From positions 32,001-96,000 of the forward strand of contig JAYFMW010000006.1 of NCBI GenBank assembly GCA_042408215.1: 64,000 nt of DNA, given 5' to 3'. The DNA is from Microcoleus sp. (GTDB lineage Bacteria; Cyanobacteriota; Cyanobacteriia; Cyanobacteriales; Microcoleaceae). The position numbers and the translations under genes were made by a program. Below the pieces are notes generated by a model. It ran no database searches and was not told the DNA's origin. It saw only the letters and a list, made by a program, of their open reading frames with translations. Positions 34,012 through 45,581 of this stretch are shown piece after piece (position 1 is the first letter of the stretch; every line of letters starts with the position of its first letter).

Positions 34012-34995
34012 ATGTTTCCAACTCACCGCCCCCGCCGCCTCCGCAACCATCCCCAACTCCGCCGGATGGTACGCGAAAACATCTTGACAACCAGCGATTT
34101 AATTTACCCCCTATTTGCCGTACCGGGGGAAGCTTTTGCTAAAGAAGTCTCATCAATGCCGGGAGTTTACCAGCTATCGATCGACAAAATAGTAGAAGAA
34201 GCAAAAGAAGTCTACGACCTCGGCATTCCTGCGATTATTTTATTTGGCATTCCCGCAGATAAAGACACAGACGCTACAGGTGCTTGGCACGATTGCGGCA
34301 TCGTCCAAAAAGCGACTACAGCAGTCAAAGAAGCCGTCCCAGATTTAATCGTCATGGTCGATACTTGTCTGTGCGAATATACCAGTCACGGTCACTGTGG
34401 CTATTTGGAAGTCGGAGATTTAAGCGGTCGTGTTTTGAATGACCCAACCCTAGAATTGCTGAAGAAAACTGCTGTTGCTCAAGCTAAAGCTGGTGCAGAT
34501 ATTATCGCACCTTCTGGGATGATGGATGGTTTTGTCGGAGCAATTCGGGAAGGATTGGACAATGCTGGATTTGAAGATATTCCCATCATGTCTTACGCGG
34601 CAAAATACGCCTCAGCTTATTATGGCCCGTTCAGAGATGCGGCTGATTCTACACCGCAATTTGGCGATCGACGTACCTATCAAATGGACCCAGGAAACGG
34701 CCGTGAAGCTCTCAAAGAAATTGCTCTCGACATTGCTGAAGGTGCGGATATGCTAATGGTTAAACCGGCTTTAGCGTATATGGATATCATCTGGCGTGTC
34801 AAGGAAGCAACTAACCTGCCAGTTGCAGCTTACAACGTTTCTGGGGAATATGCGATGGTTAAAGCCGCCGCCCTCAACGGTTGGATAGACGAAGAAAGAG
34901 TAGTGATGGAAACCTTGACTGGATTCAAGCGTGCTGGTGCTGATCTGATTTTAACTTATCACGCCAAAGATGCTGCCCGCTGGTTGCAAAGCTGA
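34012..34995 (+). CDS. hemB: Porphobilinogen synthase, Zn-dependent
   Basis: [14 protein letters not shown]ys triad. Confidence 0.96.
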   Translation: MFPTHRPRRLRNHPQLRRMVRENILTTSDLIYPLFAVPGEAFAKEVSSMPGVYQLSIDKIVEEAKEVYDLGIPAIILFGIPADKDTDATGAWHDCGIVQKATTAVKEAVPDLIVMVDTCLCEYTSHGHCGYLEVGDLSGRVLNDPTLELLKKTAVAQAKAGADIIAPSGMMDGFVGAIREGLDNAGFEDIPIMSYAAKYASAYYGPFRDAADSTPQFGDRRTYQMDPGNGREALKEIALDIAEGADMLMVKPALAYMDIIWRVKEATNLPVAAYNVSGEYAMVKAAALNGWIDEERVVMETLTGFKRAGADLILTYHAKDAARWLQS

Positions 34996-35042
34996 GCCAA
35001 GTTTTGAGTGGCGATCGACTTTTGTAGGGGGGTATTGCTCCC

Positions 35043-35305
35043 CATTAGTGTCAACTTAACGTTAAACCCAGTCAGAGACTGCTGTTTGACTATTAAGGCC
35101 AGATCCCCCCGCATTCTTGCCCCCTACTCAACCCCTACTCCCCTTAAGAAGGGGAGTAGGGGAGTAGGGGGTGTGGGACAGGAGTCTTCTCTTTCGTCAC
35201 CCCCTACTCACACCCTACTCCCTTCTTAAGGGGGATTTAGGGGGATCTAGACTTGGCGTAAAACCCAGATTTCTCAAGGGTTTCAGGCTTAAGTTGACAC
35301 TAATG
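35043..35305. mobile_element. Single MITE of the same family as the 27.2-27.8 kb array, inside a GTAG-type REP
   Basis: CATTAGTGTCAACTTAA...TTAAGTTGACACTAATG. Confidence 0.75.
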
Positions 35306-35535
35306 ATTGCTCCCCTACTGCTGTTTTTCCGTCACACCAAAAGTCAAAGTTGATGCAAAAAAGTATTAATAATTACCGAAATTAGTCAGATAATATGTCT
35401 AACTAAAATTAGTTTTGTATGTTGAGAATTGCCATCAGTAATCTTTGAGTCGGCTTCGGCAGACTTCCTTTGACTCTTAAGCGGTTTTAACCGCCTATTC
35501 CCATTGTTTATATACTATTTGCAGGCAGATTTAGA

Positions 35536-36024
35536 ATGACATCAACTACTAGAGATTCAAGTCATATTCAGTTTTGCATAGGTCACGATCGAGTAGACAT
35601 CGAACAACTCCAACATCTATTTAAAGTAGCTGCATTTTGGGCGAGGGAACGCAAGATAGAAGATTGGGAAATTGCGATCGCCAACAGCGAACCAGTTGTC
35701 ACCGTTTGGGATGACGAAAGGGCGATCGGCTTTGCCAGAGCCACCTCAGACGGCATCTATCGAGCCACCATCTGGGATGTCGCCATTCACCCAGATTACC
35801 AAGGTGCAGGACTCGGACGCAAATTAGTCGAAACAGTTTTAAGTCACCCTCGAATGAACCGAGTAGAGCGAGTTTACCTGATGACAACTTACAAACAAAG
35901 CTTCTACGAACGCATCGGTTTTCAGTACAATGCCAGCACGACAATGATCCTCGAAAATCAGCCCCTAGAAGAAAATGTCGAATTAGAAATTATCAAGGGC
36001 GAATTGGTAATTGCTAATTGGTAA
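35536..36024 (+). CDS. GNAT acetyltransferase
   Basis: [27 protein letters not shown]. Confidence 0.9.
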   Translation: MTSTTRDSSHIQFCIGHDRVDIEQLQHLFKVAAFWARERKIEDWEIAIANSEPVVTVWDDERAIGFARATSDGIYRATIWDVAIHPDYQGAGLGRKLVETVLSHPRMNRVERVYLMTTYKQSFYERIGFQYNASTTMILENQPLEENVELEIIKGELVIANW

Positions 36025-36135
36025 TTGCTAATTGGGAATGGGGCATTGGTTGTTGGTTATTGGTTATTGGTTATTGGTTATTGGTTATTGGTTATTATCG
36101 CCCAAAAATAACAACTAACTAATAACAAATAACAA

Positions 36136-37083
36136 CTAACTAATAACCAATGACTGCGGAGCCAAAGGAATAGAACACTGAGTCCGAGTGAAATTGCACT
36201 CTTCAGTATCAGAAGGTACTGCGAGAACTTCCAAACGCCCATTCATCAAGCTGACAAGAGTCTGATTCATCAATAACCTCATACCAGGAGATACCTGAGA
36301 ATTATCGCTACTCTTAGTATCATTCTCCAAATCGTGCTTCAGCAAATCCCAAGACTCGCTCCAAGCACTAACTGAACGCTGATCGTCAATCCAAATATGA
36401 ACATATCCAGATTCCGGCGAAGGGTGTACAGAAACACCAATACTTCCCTCTTCCATTTGAGCAATAGCAGTATCTATCAAATTGACTAAAACTTGCCTAA
36501 ATCTAGGGAGATCTGCCAATACATAAATTTCCGGATCGGGGGGGGATATTTCTAGACGAATGCTGCGATTAGCTGCTTGCAAGTAAGTTAAATCGTCAAC
36601 TTCATCAAAAACTTTAGCTAACTGAATCGGTTCAATATCCATCGTCTCAGTCCCGTGTTCAGTTTTGGCAACAGAGATAATTTCATCGATCAATTTAACC
36701 AGCTTGAGTGCGGCGATGTGAGCTTGCTCGACAAACTCCCGTTCCTCAGCAGGATCGTCGCACAAATCAGACAGAATTAATTGCAGCGTACCAATCATGG
36801 TGCTGAGGGGCGATCGCAATTCGTGAGAAGTCCGAGCCAAAAAACCCGCCTTAAATTGACTCATCTCCGATGCCATCTGATAAGCCAATTGAGTTTGCTT
36901 CAGTTGCTCGGAAAGAGCATCAAACTCCTCTAAATAAATTTCTTGAGGAGTTGTCGGGTGGTGCGGTTCAGGTTCTGGCTGTTGCGGGTTCTTTTGCCGC
37001 CGACGCCAGATCAAATTGCTTCCCAAACCCAATAAGATCCCCATCCCTACATATATCAAGTCGCTCCAGCCCATCAGCGCCAT
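36136..37083 (-). CDS. Membrane-anchored histidine kinase-like protein with degenerate ATPase domain
   Basis: SHELRSPL H-box; N/G boxes altered (NLIDTAI, IDDQR, PGMRL). Confidence 0.78.
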   Translation of the reverse strand: MALMGWSDLIYVGMGILLGLGSNLIWRRRQKNPQQPEPEPHHPTTPQEIYLEEFDALSEQLKQTQLAYQMASEMSQFKAGFLARTSHELRSPLSTMIGTLQLILSDLCDDPAEEREFVEQAHIAALKLVKLIDEIISVAKTEHGTETMDIEPIQLAKVFDEVDDLTYLQAANRSIRLEISPPDPEIYVLADLPRFRQVLVNLIDTAIAQMEEGSIGVSVHPSPESGYVHIWIDDQRSVSAWSESWDLLKHDLENDTKSSDNSQVSPGMRLLMNQTLVSLMNGRLEVLAVPSDTEECNFTRTQCSIPLAPQSLVIS

Positions 37084-37108
37084 ATTGCTTTGCCTTGGAG
37101 TTTAGCTT

Positions 37109-37702
37109 TTAGCATTCTAACTGTACCGCGCCTTGTCGCAAGATTTCCCACTCGCTGCCAGTCCATTTGGCCACGGTGGAAGGTAAACTCGAAGCTGTTG
37201 CTGCTGTTGATGATTCCGAAGGCGCTAAGGTCAAGGCTTCGGGAAACTGAGCTTCAATTTGGGCGATCGACTCCAGAGGCGGCTGGCCCGATAAATTGGC
37301 ACTGGTGGTAGCCAAAGGCCCTGTCTGCTCTAGAATTTTGAGCGCCAGGGGAAAGTTAGGCACTCGTAGCCCTATGGTAGTCGGGTCGATCGGATTCATC
37401 GCAGCGGGCACTTTTGCCGAAGCTGGGAGCACCAAAGTTAACGCCCCCGGCCAAAAAGATGCTGCTACCTGCTGCCACACTTTTAACTCTGCTGGACTCC
37501 CCTGCACGTAGGCCCACAAAGCCTCTGCTGATGCTGCCATCAAAATTAGCGGTTTGTCTTGGCTGCGCTGTTTAGCTGCAAAAATCAACTCGGAGCGATC
37601 GGGCAAAGCTGCCAAAGCGGGTACGGTATCAGTGGGAAAACTGACAATATAATCTCCTGAAATTGCTCCTTGAATCAAGGAGGCGATCGAAACTTGAGTC
37701 AT
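37109..37702 (-). CDS. tsaC: L-threonylcarbamoyladenylate synthase (Sua5/YrdC)
   Basis: FPTDTV, KQRSQDKPL, WPGALT, GLRVP, TTSANLSG. Confidence 0.9.
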   Translation of the reverse strand: MTQVSIASLIQGAISGDYIVSFPTDTVPALAALPDRSELIFAAKQRSQDKPLILMAASAEALWAYVQGSPAELKVWQQVAASFWPGALTLVLPASAKVPAAMNPIDPTTIGLRVPNFPLALKILEQTGPLATTSANLSGQPPLESIAQIEAQFPEALTLAPSESSTAATASSLPSTVAKWTGSEWEILRQGAVQLEC

Positions 37703-37918
37703 TCGATTTTAGATTTTAGATTAGGACTTGCGCGAGGGTGGTCAGAAACCGGGTTTTTTGCGAGAATACTTGTTGCAGTCCAAAGATTCGGTAAAAAACC
37801 CGGTTTCTTTTGTCGGAGTGCGTAAGTCCCGTAGATTTTAGATTTTAGATTAATCCCGCGAATTCTGCATTTTATTTAAATAATTATAGCGGCTTTTCCT
37901 GATATTATTGTGCAGCAA

Positions 37919-38404
37919 TTATCGGAAATCCCACAATTGCTCTTCACCGCTGAATGCACGCTTGGGAACTATAATAAACTTTGAGTATGACACAGGATAG
38001 AGGGACGACATCGGATAAATTACTAATAATTTTCTGGTTTCAATAAAGAATCTAAAAGCTTCCCATGTAAAAATCCCTTGCCAACTAGAAGTATTAAGTG
38101 CCAGCCCTTCTCCTATCATTTCCATCGTCATAGGTTCCCCGTAGTTCGTCGAATTGGCGATCGGCATCTCTATCTCTACGCCTGTTTTCACAAAAATTTT
38201 ACATAAAACAGGCATGAATACCAAAACAACACCCACCACTAAGAAGCCGTTCTCTTTCGACATTATTCCCATCAAAAGAAAGAAGAGTCCTATTAGCAAT
38301 GCCAAGTTATGAATGGTTCGCCTTTCCGCTTGTGAGGCTCTTTCTAGCTCTGCCAGACTAGCTTCTTCGTAATCATTAGAATTTAGTTGAAACTCAAACT
38401 TCAT
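37919..38404 (-). CDS. YcxB-family membrane protein (possibly C-terminally clipped)
   Basis: TM helices then W..F..F.ET and IVPKRAF; start taken at MKFEF. Confidence 0.68.
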   Translation of the reverse strand: MKFEFQLNSNDYEEASLAELERASQAERRTIHNLALLIGLFFLLMGIMSKENGFLVVGVVLVFMPVLCKIFVKTGVEIEMPIANSTNYGEPMTMEMIGEGLALNTSSWQGIFTWEAFRFFIETRKLLVIYPMSSLYPVSYSKFIIVPKRAFSGEEQLWDFR

Positions 38405-39068
38405 AGCTTTTACTTGAAACGGGCGAAACTGGCGGAATCTTGCTGTATAGCAATTCTCTAAATACTTGACGCTGCTCTCGGTTAAATGCCTGTTTTGGGA
38501 AAAAATGCGGGCTGTTGGAAAACTCGTCAACATAGATAACGAACAAATTTTCTGTCTCTAAGAAGTGCGAGTAAAATTCCCACTTGAGTTTGAGGCTAAC
38601 CTTTGCAGTGTCGAACTCCAGTCCAGATTCAGTCACTTTTAGAGTCACAAATTCGTGCCAAATATTATTTTTATTTGCCCAGGCACAAAATTGAATAACT
38701 CCGAAGAATTGAGAACCCCAATAAACAAGTTGTAAAATTGTCCAGAATAACAAAAAAGGCTGCACTGAAATCCCCAATTTGATCCCAGATTTAATCTGCA
38801 TGAAAAGCACAATCCAAAAGAAACCTTTATCGAACGACATGATCTTGCGCCGCTCTAGGAACTTCACAATCGGGATGTAGCAGATGCCAAAACTGAGAAT
38901 GAAATAACCCCAGAGGGGATTTGCGCCAGCGATCAGATAGACAATTCCGCCGCCCGCAATAATTACAGCCCGAATCCAAAACTCGACTTCCGAGAAAGTC
39001 TCGAATTTTGTGGAAATTCTACTAGCTTCTAAATATTCTTTGAAAGTAAACTGGTATTCCAACTTCAC
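38394..39068 (-). CDS. YcxB-family membrane protein
   Basis: WEFYSHFLETENLF, FFPKQAF; GTG start at VKLEYQF. Confidence 0.7.
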   Translation of the reverse strand: MKLEYQFTFKEYLEASRISTKFETFSEVEFWIRAVIIAGGGIVYLIAGANPLWGYFILSFGICYIPIVKFLERRKIMSFDKGFFWIVLFMQIKSGIKLGISVQPFLLFWTILQLVYWGSQFFGVIQFCAWANKNNIWHEFVTLKVTESGLEFDTAKVSLKLKWEFYSHFLETENLFVIYVDEFSNSPHFFPKQAFNREQRQVFRELLYSKIPPVSPVSSKSYEV

Positions 39069-39201
39069 GGTGATACCTCTTGGATGCTGAGTGCGTAGGC
39101 GTAAGCCGGGGCGCAGCCATCGCACTTCTTTCCTAACTCTATCTCTCAAAATCAAGCAACTCTTCCCATTCGATAAATTCTCTCTTTGTTTGCCTTGATC
39201 C

Positions 39202-40155
39202 CTAACGCCGATAGGCTAAAGCAAACCGATCGACTCCTGCTAAATCAGCAAATATCTGAACATCGCAATAACTCCCCTGACTTTCCAGCAGATCAGCCAC
39301 AGCCTCAGCCTGTCCCGCCATCATCTCAACCAACCACACTCCCCCCGATTCTAAATAATCGGGAGCCGTTTCTGCCAAATGCCGGATGCAATCTAAGCCG
39401 TCAAAACCGCCGTCTAAGGCTAGATGAGGTTCGTGCTTCAAAACTTCCGGTTGCAGAGTCAGCACCGTGCTGCTGGGAATGTAAGGCGGGTTAGAGACCA
39501 TACCGCTAACGCGACCTTTCAGAAATGCTAGCGGTTCCCACCACGAACCTTGATAAAAATTAACTCTCTTGGCAAAACCCAAATTGTCAGCATTCTGTCG
39601 AGCAACTGCCAAAGCTTCCGAACTGCAATCTACAGCATGAATCGTCGCATTTGTCAATGCTGAAGCTAGTCCGATCGCGATCGCCCCGCTGCCCGTTCCC
39701 AAATCCACCCAATTCGATTTGGAAAATTCTCCCCCCCTTGGTAAGGGGGGGTTGGGGGGGGTAGATTTTTGATTGATCTTTTCAGATTCCAAACAATTGT
39801 TAACAGCTTCCACAACCAAATCAATCAGCAATTCCGTCTCAGGACGAGGAATTAGCACCGCCGGCGTTACTTTGAGAGAAAAATGCCGCCAATATACATT
39901 TCCCGTTAAATACTGCACTGGGACTCGTTCCTGCCACCGACTGCGCCACAATTGGGAAAGTTCAGATAAAGACAACTTTAATTCAATTTTTGGCAAATCT
40001 TTAAACGACTCTAAACGCAGCGCCAACCTATCCAAACCAGTCAACTCTAGCAGCAGCCAGTCAAGTTCTGTTAGGGAAATGTCACTATTTCGAGCCTCTA
40101 TCTTAGCTTGATTTATCCATTGCCAAAGCTCTAAACCAGAAACACAAATGATCAT
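39202..40155 (-). CDS. prmC: Release factor glutamine methyltransferase
   Basis: VLIPRPETE, DLGTGSGAI, SNPPY. Confidence 0.94.
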   Translation of the reverse strand: MIICVSGLELWQWINQAKIEARNSDISLTELDWLLLELTGLDRLALRLESFKDLPKIELKLSLSELSQLWRSRWQERVPVQYLTGNVYWRHFSLKVTPAVLIPRPETELLIDLVVEAVNNCLESEKINQKSTPPNPPLPRGGEFSKSNWVDLGTGSGAIAIGLASALTNATIHAVDCSSEALAVARQNADNLGFAKRVNFYQGSWWEPLAFLKGRVSGMVSNPPYIPSSTVLTLQPEVLKHEPHLALDGGFDGLDCIRHLAETAPDYLESGGVWLVEMMAGQAEAVADLLESQGSYCDVQIFADLAGVDRFALAYRR

Positions 40156-40271
40156 TTGTTATTTGTTATTTGTTAACAGTCAACAGTCAACAGTCAACAG
40201 TCAACAGTCAACAGTCAACAGTCAACAGTCAACAGTCAACAGTCAACAGTCAACTGTCAACTGACTAATTA

Positions 40272-41117
40272 TTAGCGAGCGGGTCGAGTTTGGCTGGGAG
40301 CGGGAGCTTGAGGAGCCGATCGATTTTGGTTGGAAGCTGGGGGTTTATTTTGGTTTCCAGCACCGGCTGGTTGGAGCGATCGCACAAATTCCAGCGACTC
40401 CCGCGACGGAACCAAAATCAATTGGCTCAAAAACGGGTCGTTCTCAGTCCGCAAAGCTTCCAAAACGCTCTCCAAATTCACCACCTCAATCTTAATTGTG
40501 GCAGTCACGTTCGGCTGCTGCTGCTTGAAGCGCTCCACCATTCCCTGCAATTCCTCCTTGTTAAAAAACAGGGGAATCACCTCTTGCTGGCCCCGTTGAA
40601 TCGTCAAATAACCATTTTCCGGGCCGCCTCTGGCCAAAAACAGAGGCACACCATTGAACTCGTTAACTTGTTGCCCAGTCTGCTGAAGTACAGTTTTAGC
40701 TAACTGCACCTGCTGCGGGGCCGGAACGTAGGCAAACACTACCTCATCCGGCTTACCTTTATTTGCTTGAGAAATCTGGTAAATTTCCCCCAGGGACACC
40801 GGCGTCACGCGCACCGATGCCGCCAACTGAGGATTTTTGGTTTTCAGTTGATCCACAAAAGCTTGAGCATCCTTCTGGCTGATGAAAATTCCCGCCACAG
40901 AAGCATTGCCACTTTGACCCTGACCTTGCTTGGGTACAGAAGCGATCAGAGGCGCACCAGCCGCGTCTGTAATGGTAAACACCGGCACCGATCGCAACTT
41001 GTCCAAAATCTGCGGTTCCGGCAGTGCCTGTGCAGACCTATTGGTTATTGGCAAGGGGCCGAGCAGAGTGCAGCCCACAATCCCCAAAATTGCACCCAAA
41101 CGAACTAATAATTTCAT
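40272..41117 (-). CDS. tic22: Tic22-family periplasmic chaperone
   Basis: LRSVPVFTITD..GAPL, GVPLF, IPLFF.KE.L. Confidence 0.85.
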   Translation of the reverse strand: MKLLVRLGAILGIVGCTLLGPLPITNRSAQALPEPQILDKLRSVPVFTITDAAGAPLIASVPKQGQGQSGNASVAGIFISQKDAQAFVDQLKTKNPQLAASVRVTPVSLGEIYQISQANKGKPDEVVFAYVPAPQQVQLAKTVLQQTGQQVNEFNGVPLFLARGGPENGYLTIQRGQQEVIPLFFNKEELQGMVERFKQQQPNVTATIKIEVVNLESVLEALRTENDPFLSQLILVPSRESLEFVRSLQPAGAGNQNKPPASNQNRSAPQAPAPSQTRPAR

Positions 41118-41297
41118 CTTTTTTCCATCAGGAGCGATCCATCCTGAGATACATTAACGCAAAGACCCCTATTGGGGAGCTACCTTGAGAGTAATTGAGC
41201 TAAAAATCAGCGACAAACGGCGATCGCAACTCCCTAGGTTTACGCTGTAATAGCTCAAACCCAGTCAGATACTGAATCTATTATGAACCTTGTGCGA

Positions 41298-41371
41298 TCG
41301 GGATGACAGGATTTGAACCTGCGACATCCTGCTCCCAAAGCAGGCGCGCTACCAAGCTGCGCTACATCCCG
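41298..41371 (-). tRNA. tRNA-Pro(TGG)
   Basis: CGGGATGTAGCGCAGCTTGGTAGCGCGCCTGCTTTGGGAGCAGG...GGTTCAAATCC cloverleaf. Confidence 0.95.
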
Positions 41372-41523
41372 GTGTGGTAGTTATCCACCCCATAACAATT
41401 AACACACAAAACCCCGCACTTGTCAAGCTTTTTTTAAGTTCAGCTCAAAATGCACCTCAATCGGTGATGGCAGCGTCAATATTGCCTTGCCTCAAAAAAT
41501 CAACGCTGACCAGCACCTGTAGG

Positions 41524-42195
<672 letters not shown>

Positions 42196-42585
42196 TCATC
42201 TTACGCCGAAAAGAGGGATTTGTCGTCCAACATTGAGTCTGCACTCTTGAGATTTCAGTAAGTTTGGTAGAAATGTTCAACTTCTTCGAGTGCCCGCACC
42301 ACCGGCACAGAATCTAAAATTTGTTGCGGAACCAGGACAGAGGCATTTTTGTAATTGCTTCTTTTGAGTGCCGCCGATCGCGCCGGAACTTATACGCTTG
42401 GTGGGAAGTACAACTCGAAGGTTGCAACCGTGACATTCTAATTATACGTTCCCCGACAAATTTGACTTCTGCTGTTTGTTCGGAGACGGGCACAATTTAA
42501 ATCGCAGCGTCGAACCGAGAATCCCATTGCCACTGGGCATGGGACTGTCCAAATCTAGTATATCTCCCGCACCTTCCCCTCAATT

Positions 42586-43311
42586 ATGGCTTCGGGTTTA
42601 AAACCATCTACACTAGAACTTCTCAAGCGCTTTAACCGAGCGTTTCCGCAGTTTTACGAGCAATTTGTCAGTAGCGAAATCCAACTGCAAAACCTCAAAT
42701 TAGCTTACCAGCTCTATAAAACTAGGCAAGCAGTCATCGAAATCAGACCCGAAGGCAACAAAAGTGCCCTGCACTTTACTTACCGCAACCAGTCTTTTCT
42801 GCTCAGCGATATCTTTGGGGTGCTGGCGGCTTACGGACTGACAATTCACAGTCTGAGCCTGTATGGGCAAATTTACCCACCGATGCTGGTATTTATCAAA
42901 TTGGTGGTATCTCGTGGTGGCAAGGTACTGGCAGATAAAACCGCAGAAAATGTCTGTAGGGCGATTCGAGAAGCCTTAGCTGGGCATTTTGAAGTAGAAG
43001 AGATGTTGGCGGTGGAATTTAATCTAGACGCGGGTTTAGAGGACGTGGCCACTGAATTCTATGTCGATCCGGTGTTCCACTTGCCGGCACTGCTGATTGA
43101 AGCAGACAACCAACCGGGACTTTTTTATAAGGTGATGTATGCCATTTGGCAAGAGGATTTGTTGGTGGTGAATGCTAATTTGCTGGTTTGGCGGGGGCGA
43201 ACTCGCCTGATTTTGTACTTGTTAGGGCCCAATGAAAGTTTAATTCCTGAGTATCTGGGGCAAAAAATTGCTGAGGGGGTGCGGCAAAGATTGCTGGGCG
43301 AGCGATTTTAG
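42586..43311 (+). CDS. Hypothetical protein with tandem ACT-like domains
   Basis: NQSFLLSDIFGVL and DNQPGLFYKV resemble GlnD-type ACT motifs. Confidence 0.65.
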   Translation: MASGLKPSTLELLKRFNRAFPQFYEQFVSSEIQLQNLKLAYQLYKTRQAVIEIRPEGNKSALHFTYRNQSFLLSDIFGVLAAYGLTIHSLSLYGQIYPPMLVFIKLVVSRGGKVLADKTAENVCRAIREALAGHFEVEEMLAVEFNLDAGLEDVATEFYVDPVFHLPALLIEADNQPGLFYKVMYAIWQEDLLVVNANLLVWRGRTRLILYLLGPNESLIPEYLGQKIAEGVRQRLLGERF

Positions 43312-43536
43312 GGAGTTACACTTCGAATAACCCATAGTCAGAGTGAATCTGAAGAAATCACAATATTCTCACTATGGTTTACTTTTTCAACTCCTCTGTA
43401 GTCGCTTCCTTCAGTTTATGGGACTCGCCACGGCCAAATAGAGCGTAGTAGGGTAGGAATTTTTAGGCAGTGTACCCAAGCCTCGTACCATCTTTCGTGG
43501 TAGTCGCGCTGACACCGTTCTAGTTTGATTACAAAC

Positions 43537-43845
43537 TTGACACTCCTCGGCATACAGGCCCGAGGATTATTAAGACATTTCAGTCTTAATATCCCTATTT
43601 CTAGGGTTCCCAGGCTGACCACGAAAGCACAAAAATGTGTGTAGTCATATCTCCTCAAAAGTGTTTTGGGCGTATACTTTCCCCCAGTCCAGGGGTAGGT
43701 TTTTAAATCTTGTCTGATGCCTTTACTGTACCACACACTGGTGGGTGCGTGGATATGTCTACCCAACTCCATGCGGATTTCTGACGGAGCACGAGTCGTA
43801 GAAAAAGCCGTCCTATAAGGACGGGGTTTTCAACCCAATTTTCTG
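43537..43845 (-). mobile_element. Non-autonomous IS200/IS605 mini-element (309 bp)
   Basis: Minus strand: TTAT|CAGAAAATTGGGTTGAAAACCCCGTCC left end; AATCCTCGGGCCTGTATGCCGAGGAGTGTCAA right end. Confidence 0.8.
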
Positions 43846-43861
43846 ATAAAGCATTACTGCG

Positions 43862-44355
43862 TCTAGCTTTTAAGATTAAGCGTAACCTCAAAGAGGTGGC
43901 GCTTGATTGCTTTGAGCGCCACATTACGAGCAGCATTCTTGCCACTACGCAGCTCTGTACCCATCAACAGTTGCCACTAATGCAGCGCCATTTTGATAGC
44001 CATCAAACTCAAGTAGGTTGAGGGGAATTTGCATCCTCAGAGAGAGTCGATCGCCCCACGGGGTAAGGCGACTCGTATTCCTAGGGCTAACGCGAGTTGT
44101 GAGAATTGCATAATCTTGATAGGCAATTCGTTTTACTTGCTCATAGATTTTGCCTTTTAACCAGTAAGCACGTTTCTGATTTGAGCGTCTTGAATACTGC
44201 CCGTGTTTGGGTCGCAAATTCCCCAGATGCTCAAAACTAATCAGGTCAGACTGCCAAGGATTTGCCAACTCAACAAGCTGACGAGATACGGCTCTAGAAT
44301 ATTCAATCTCTCTAGCAGATATAGAAAAGCCGACAAGATGCCGCCACTTTTCCAT
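43862..44355 (-). pseudogene. C-terminal RuvC fragment of a divergent TnpB/Cas12f-like protein
   Basis: FEHLGNL, RVSPRNTSR, then NAARNV after a stop/frameshift; 5' part missing. Confidence 0.68.
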
Positions 44356-45192
44356 TCTGTTGCTGAACCCATAGGGATTGACTTAGGACTGTCAACTTTT
44401 GCTACTATTTCCGATGGTAATTTTTATGAATCTCCCCCTCGACTCAAACCAGCTAAAACCAAGCTGAGTAAAGAACAGTGGAGAAATCGGAAAAAGCAAT
44501 TAGGTAATATATAGCCTTTCTCAGTAACAGTGCGGTGCACGCTTGATAAGCGGGCATAGGGCATAGGGCATAGGGCATAGGGCATAGGGCATACCTCACC
44601 AAGATTGAGAACTGCTATATAATTGGGTGTAATAGCAGCTAATAATGCTCATAAACACTATCGTATAATCGCTAAACTCGCGAAAAATGCTAATCAACGG
44701 CGAGATTTATTGCCCCAAAATACGACATAAATTATCCATAAATATGCCCACATTACCCTTGAATATTTGAAGGCGATCGGGATGGTTGCTAACCATAAGT
44801 TAGCAGCAGCTATTTCAGATTATGGTTGCTCTGAATTTCGTCGTCAATTGGAATATAAGTCGGAAATGTATGGCACGAAAGTTGAGCTGTAGGGACAAGG
44901 CGTGCCTTGTCCTTACTAAATAGATGGTTTCCTGCTTCTAAAACCTGTTTAAACTGCGGTCATACTCAACCGATGTCATTAAAAGAACGAGTTTTTGATT
45001 GTGGCTGTTGCGCTCTATTAATCAATCGCGATTTGAACGCCGCAATCAATTTATCTCGTTATTCGGAATTAGTAAGGCCAGTTCGGTCGCTCCGTTACGC
45101 CTGTGGACAAGCAGGAGCCAACTCCCTTGGTCGAAATAGTTCGAGAACATCAAATCTGCCATAGGTAGGTTTGAGTAGGTTTCATAGAACGG
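44356..45192 (+). pseudogene. tnpB: Decayed tnpB of probable IS607 type, 5'-truncated and interrupted by a MITE and a REP
   Basis: IGIDLGL, WFPASKTCLNCG, C..C, RDLNAAINL; ends ...AGAACGG. Confidence 0.78.
44510..44619. mobile_element. TATAGC-TIR MITE containing (GGGCATA)n
   Basis: TATAGCCTTTCTCA...TGAGAACTGCTATA flanked by TA. Confidence 0.7.
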
Positions 45193-45322
45193 CGTTGTTG
45201 GACTCTTTTGTTCCAAGGTGGTGGCAAGAATGTACTTCAGATTCCAGATTGCGGCCATTTGGCGGTGGAACAGCCGGATGCAGTGGCTAGTTACCTGCAA
45301 AATATTCTGAACGAACATGGTT
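45193..45322 (+). pseudogene. C-terminal remnant of an alpha/beta hydrolase-like gene
   Basis: Manual translation NVLQIPDCGHLAVEQPDAVASYLQNIL; begins at the IS end. Confidence 0.5.
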
Positions 45323-45581
45323 AGAGGGCATGGGGGATGGGGCATGGGGGATGGGGGCATGGGCTGCAAACAGCAAACAGCAAACAGCAAACAACCAATA
45401 ACCAATAACCAATAACCAATAACCAATGACCAATAACCAATAACCAATAACAATTGACTTCTTCCTTCTCCTAAAATCTGTTATGTTTAGTCTATAGCTC
45501 TGCCCGATCGCCCGCTAAGATCAGAGATTTTCATGGTTGGGGTGGCTTTCATGTCTGAATTCTAATTCTGCTTAAATATTT

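Noticed and set aside
41298..41371. tRNA-anchored genomic island
   Set aside because: No adjacent integrase and no duplicated tRNA 3' end seen; flanks are core genes
43330..43860. Mini CRISPR array next to a Cas12-like fragment
   Set aside because: No direct repeats found; region is explained by an IS605 mini-element and hairpins
45046..45453. 135-aa ORF with LVIGYW repeats
   Set aside because: Translation of heptamer tandem repeats and IS end
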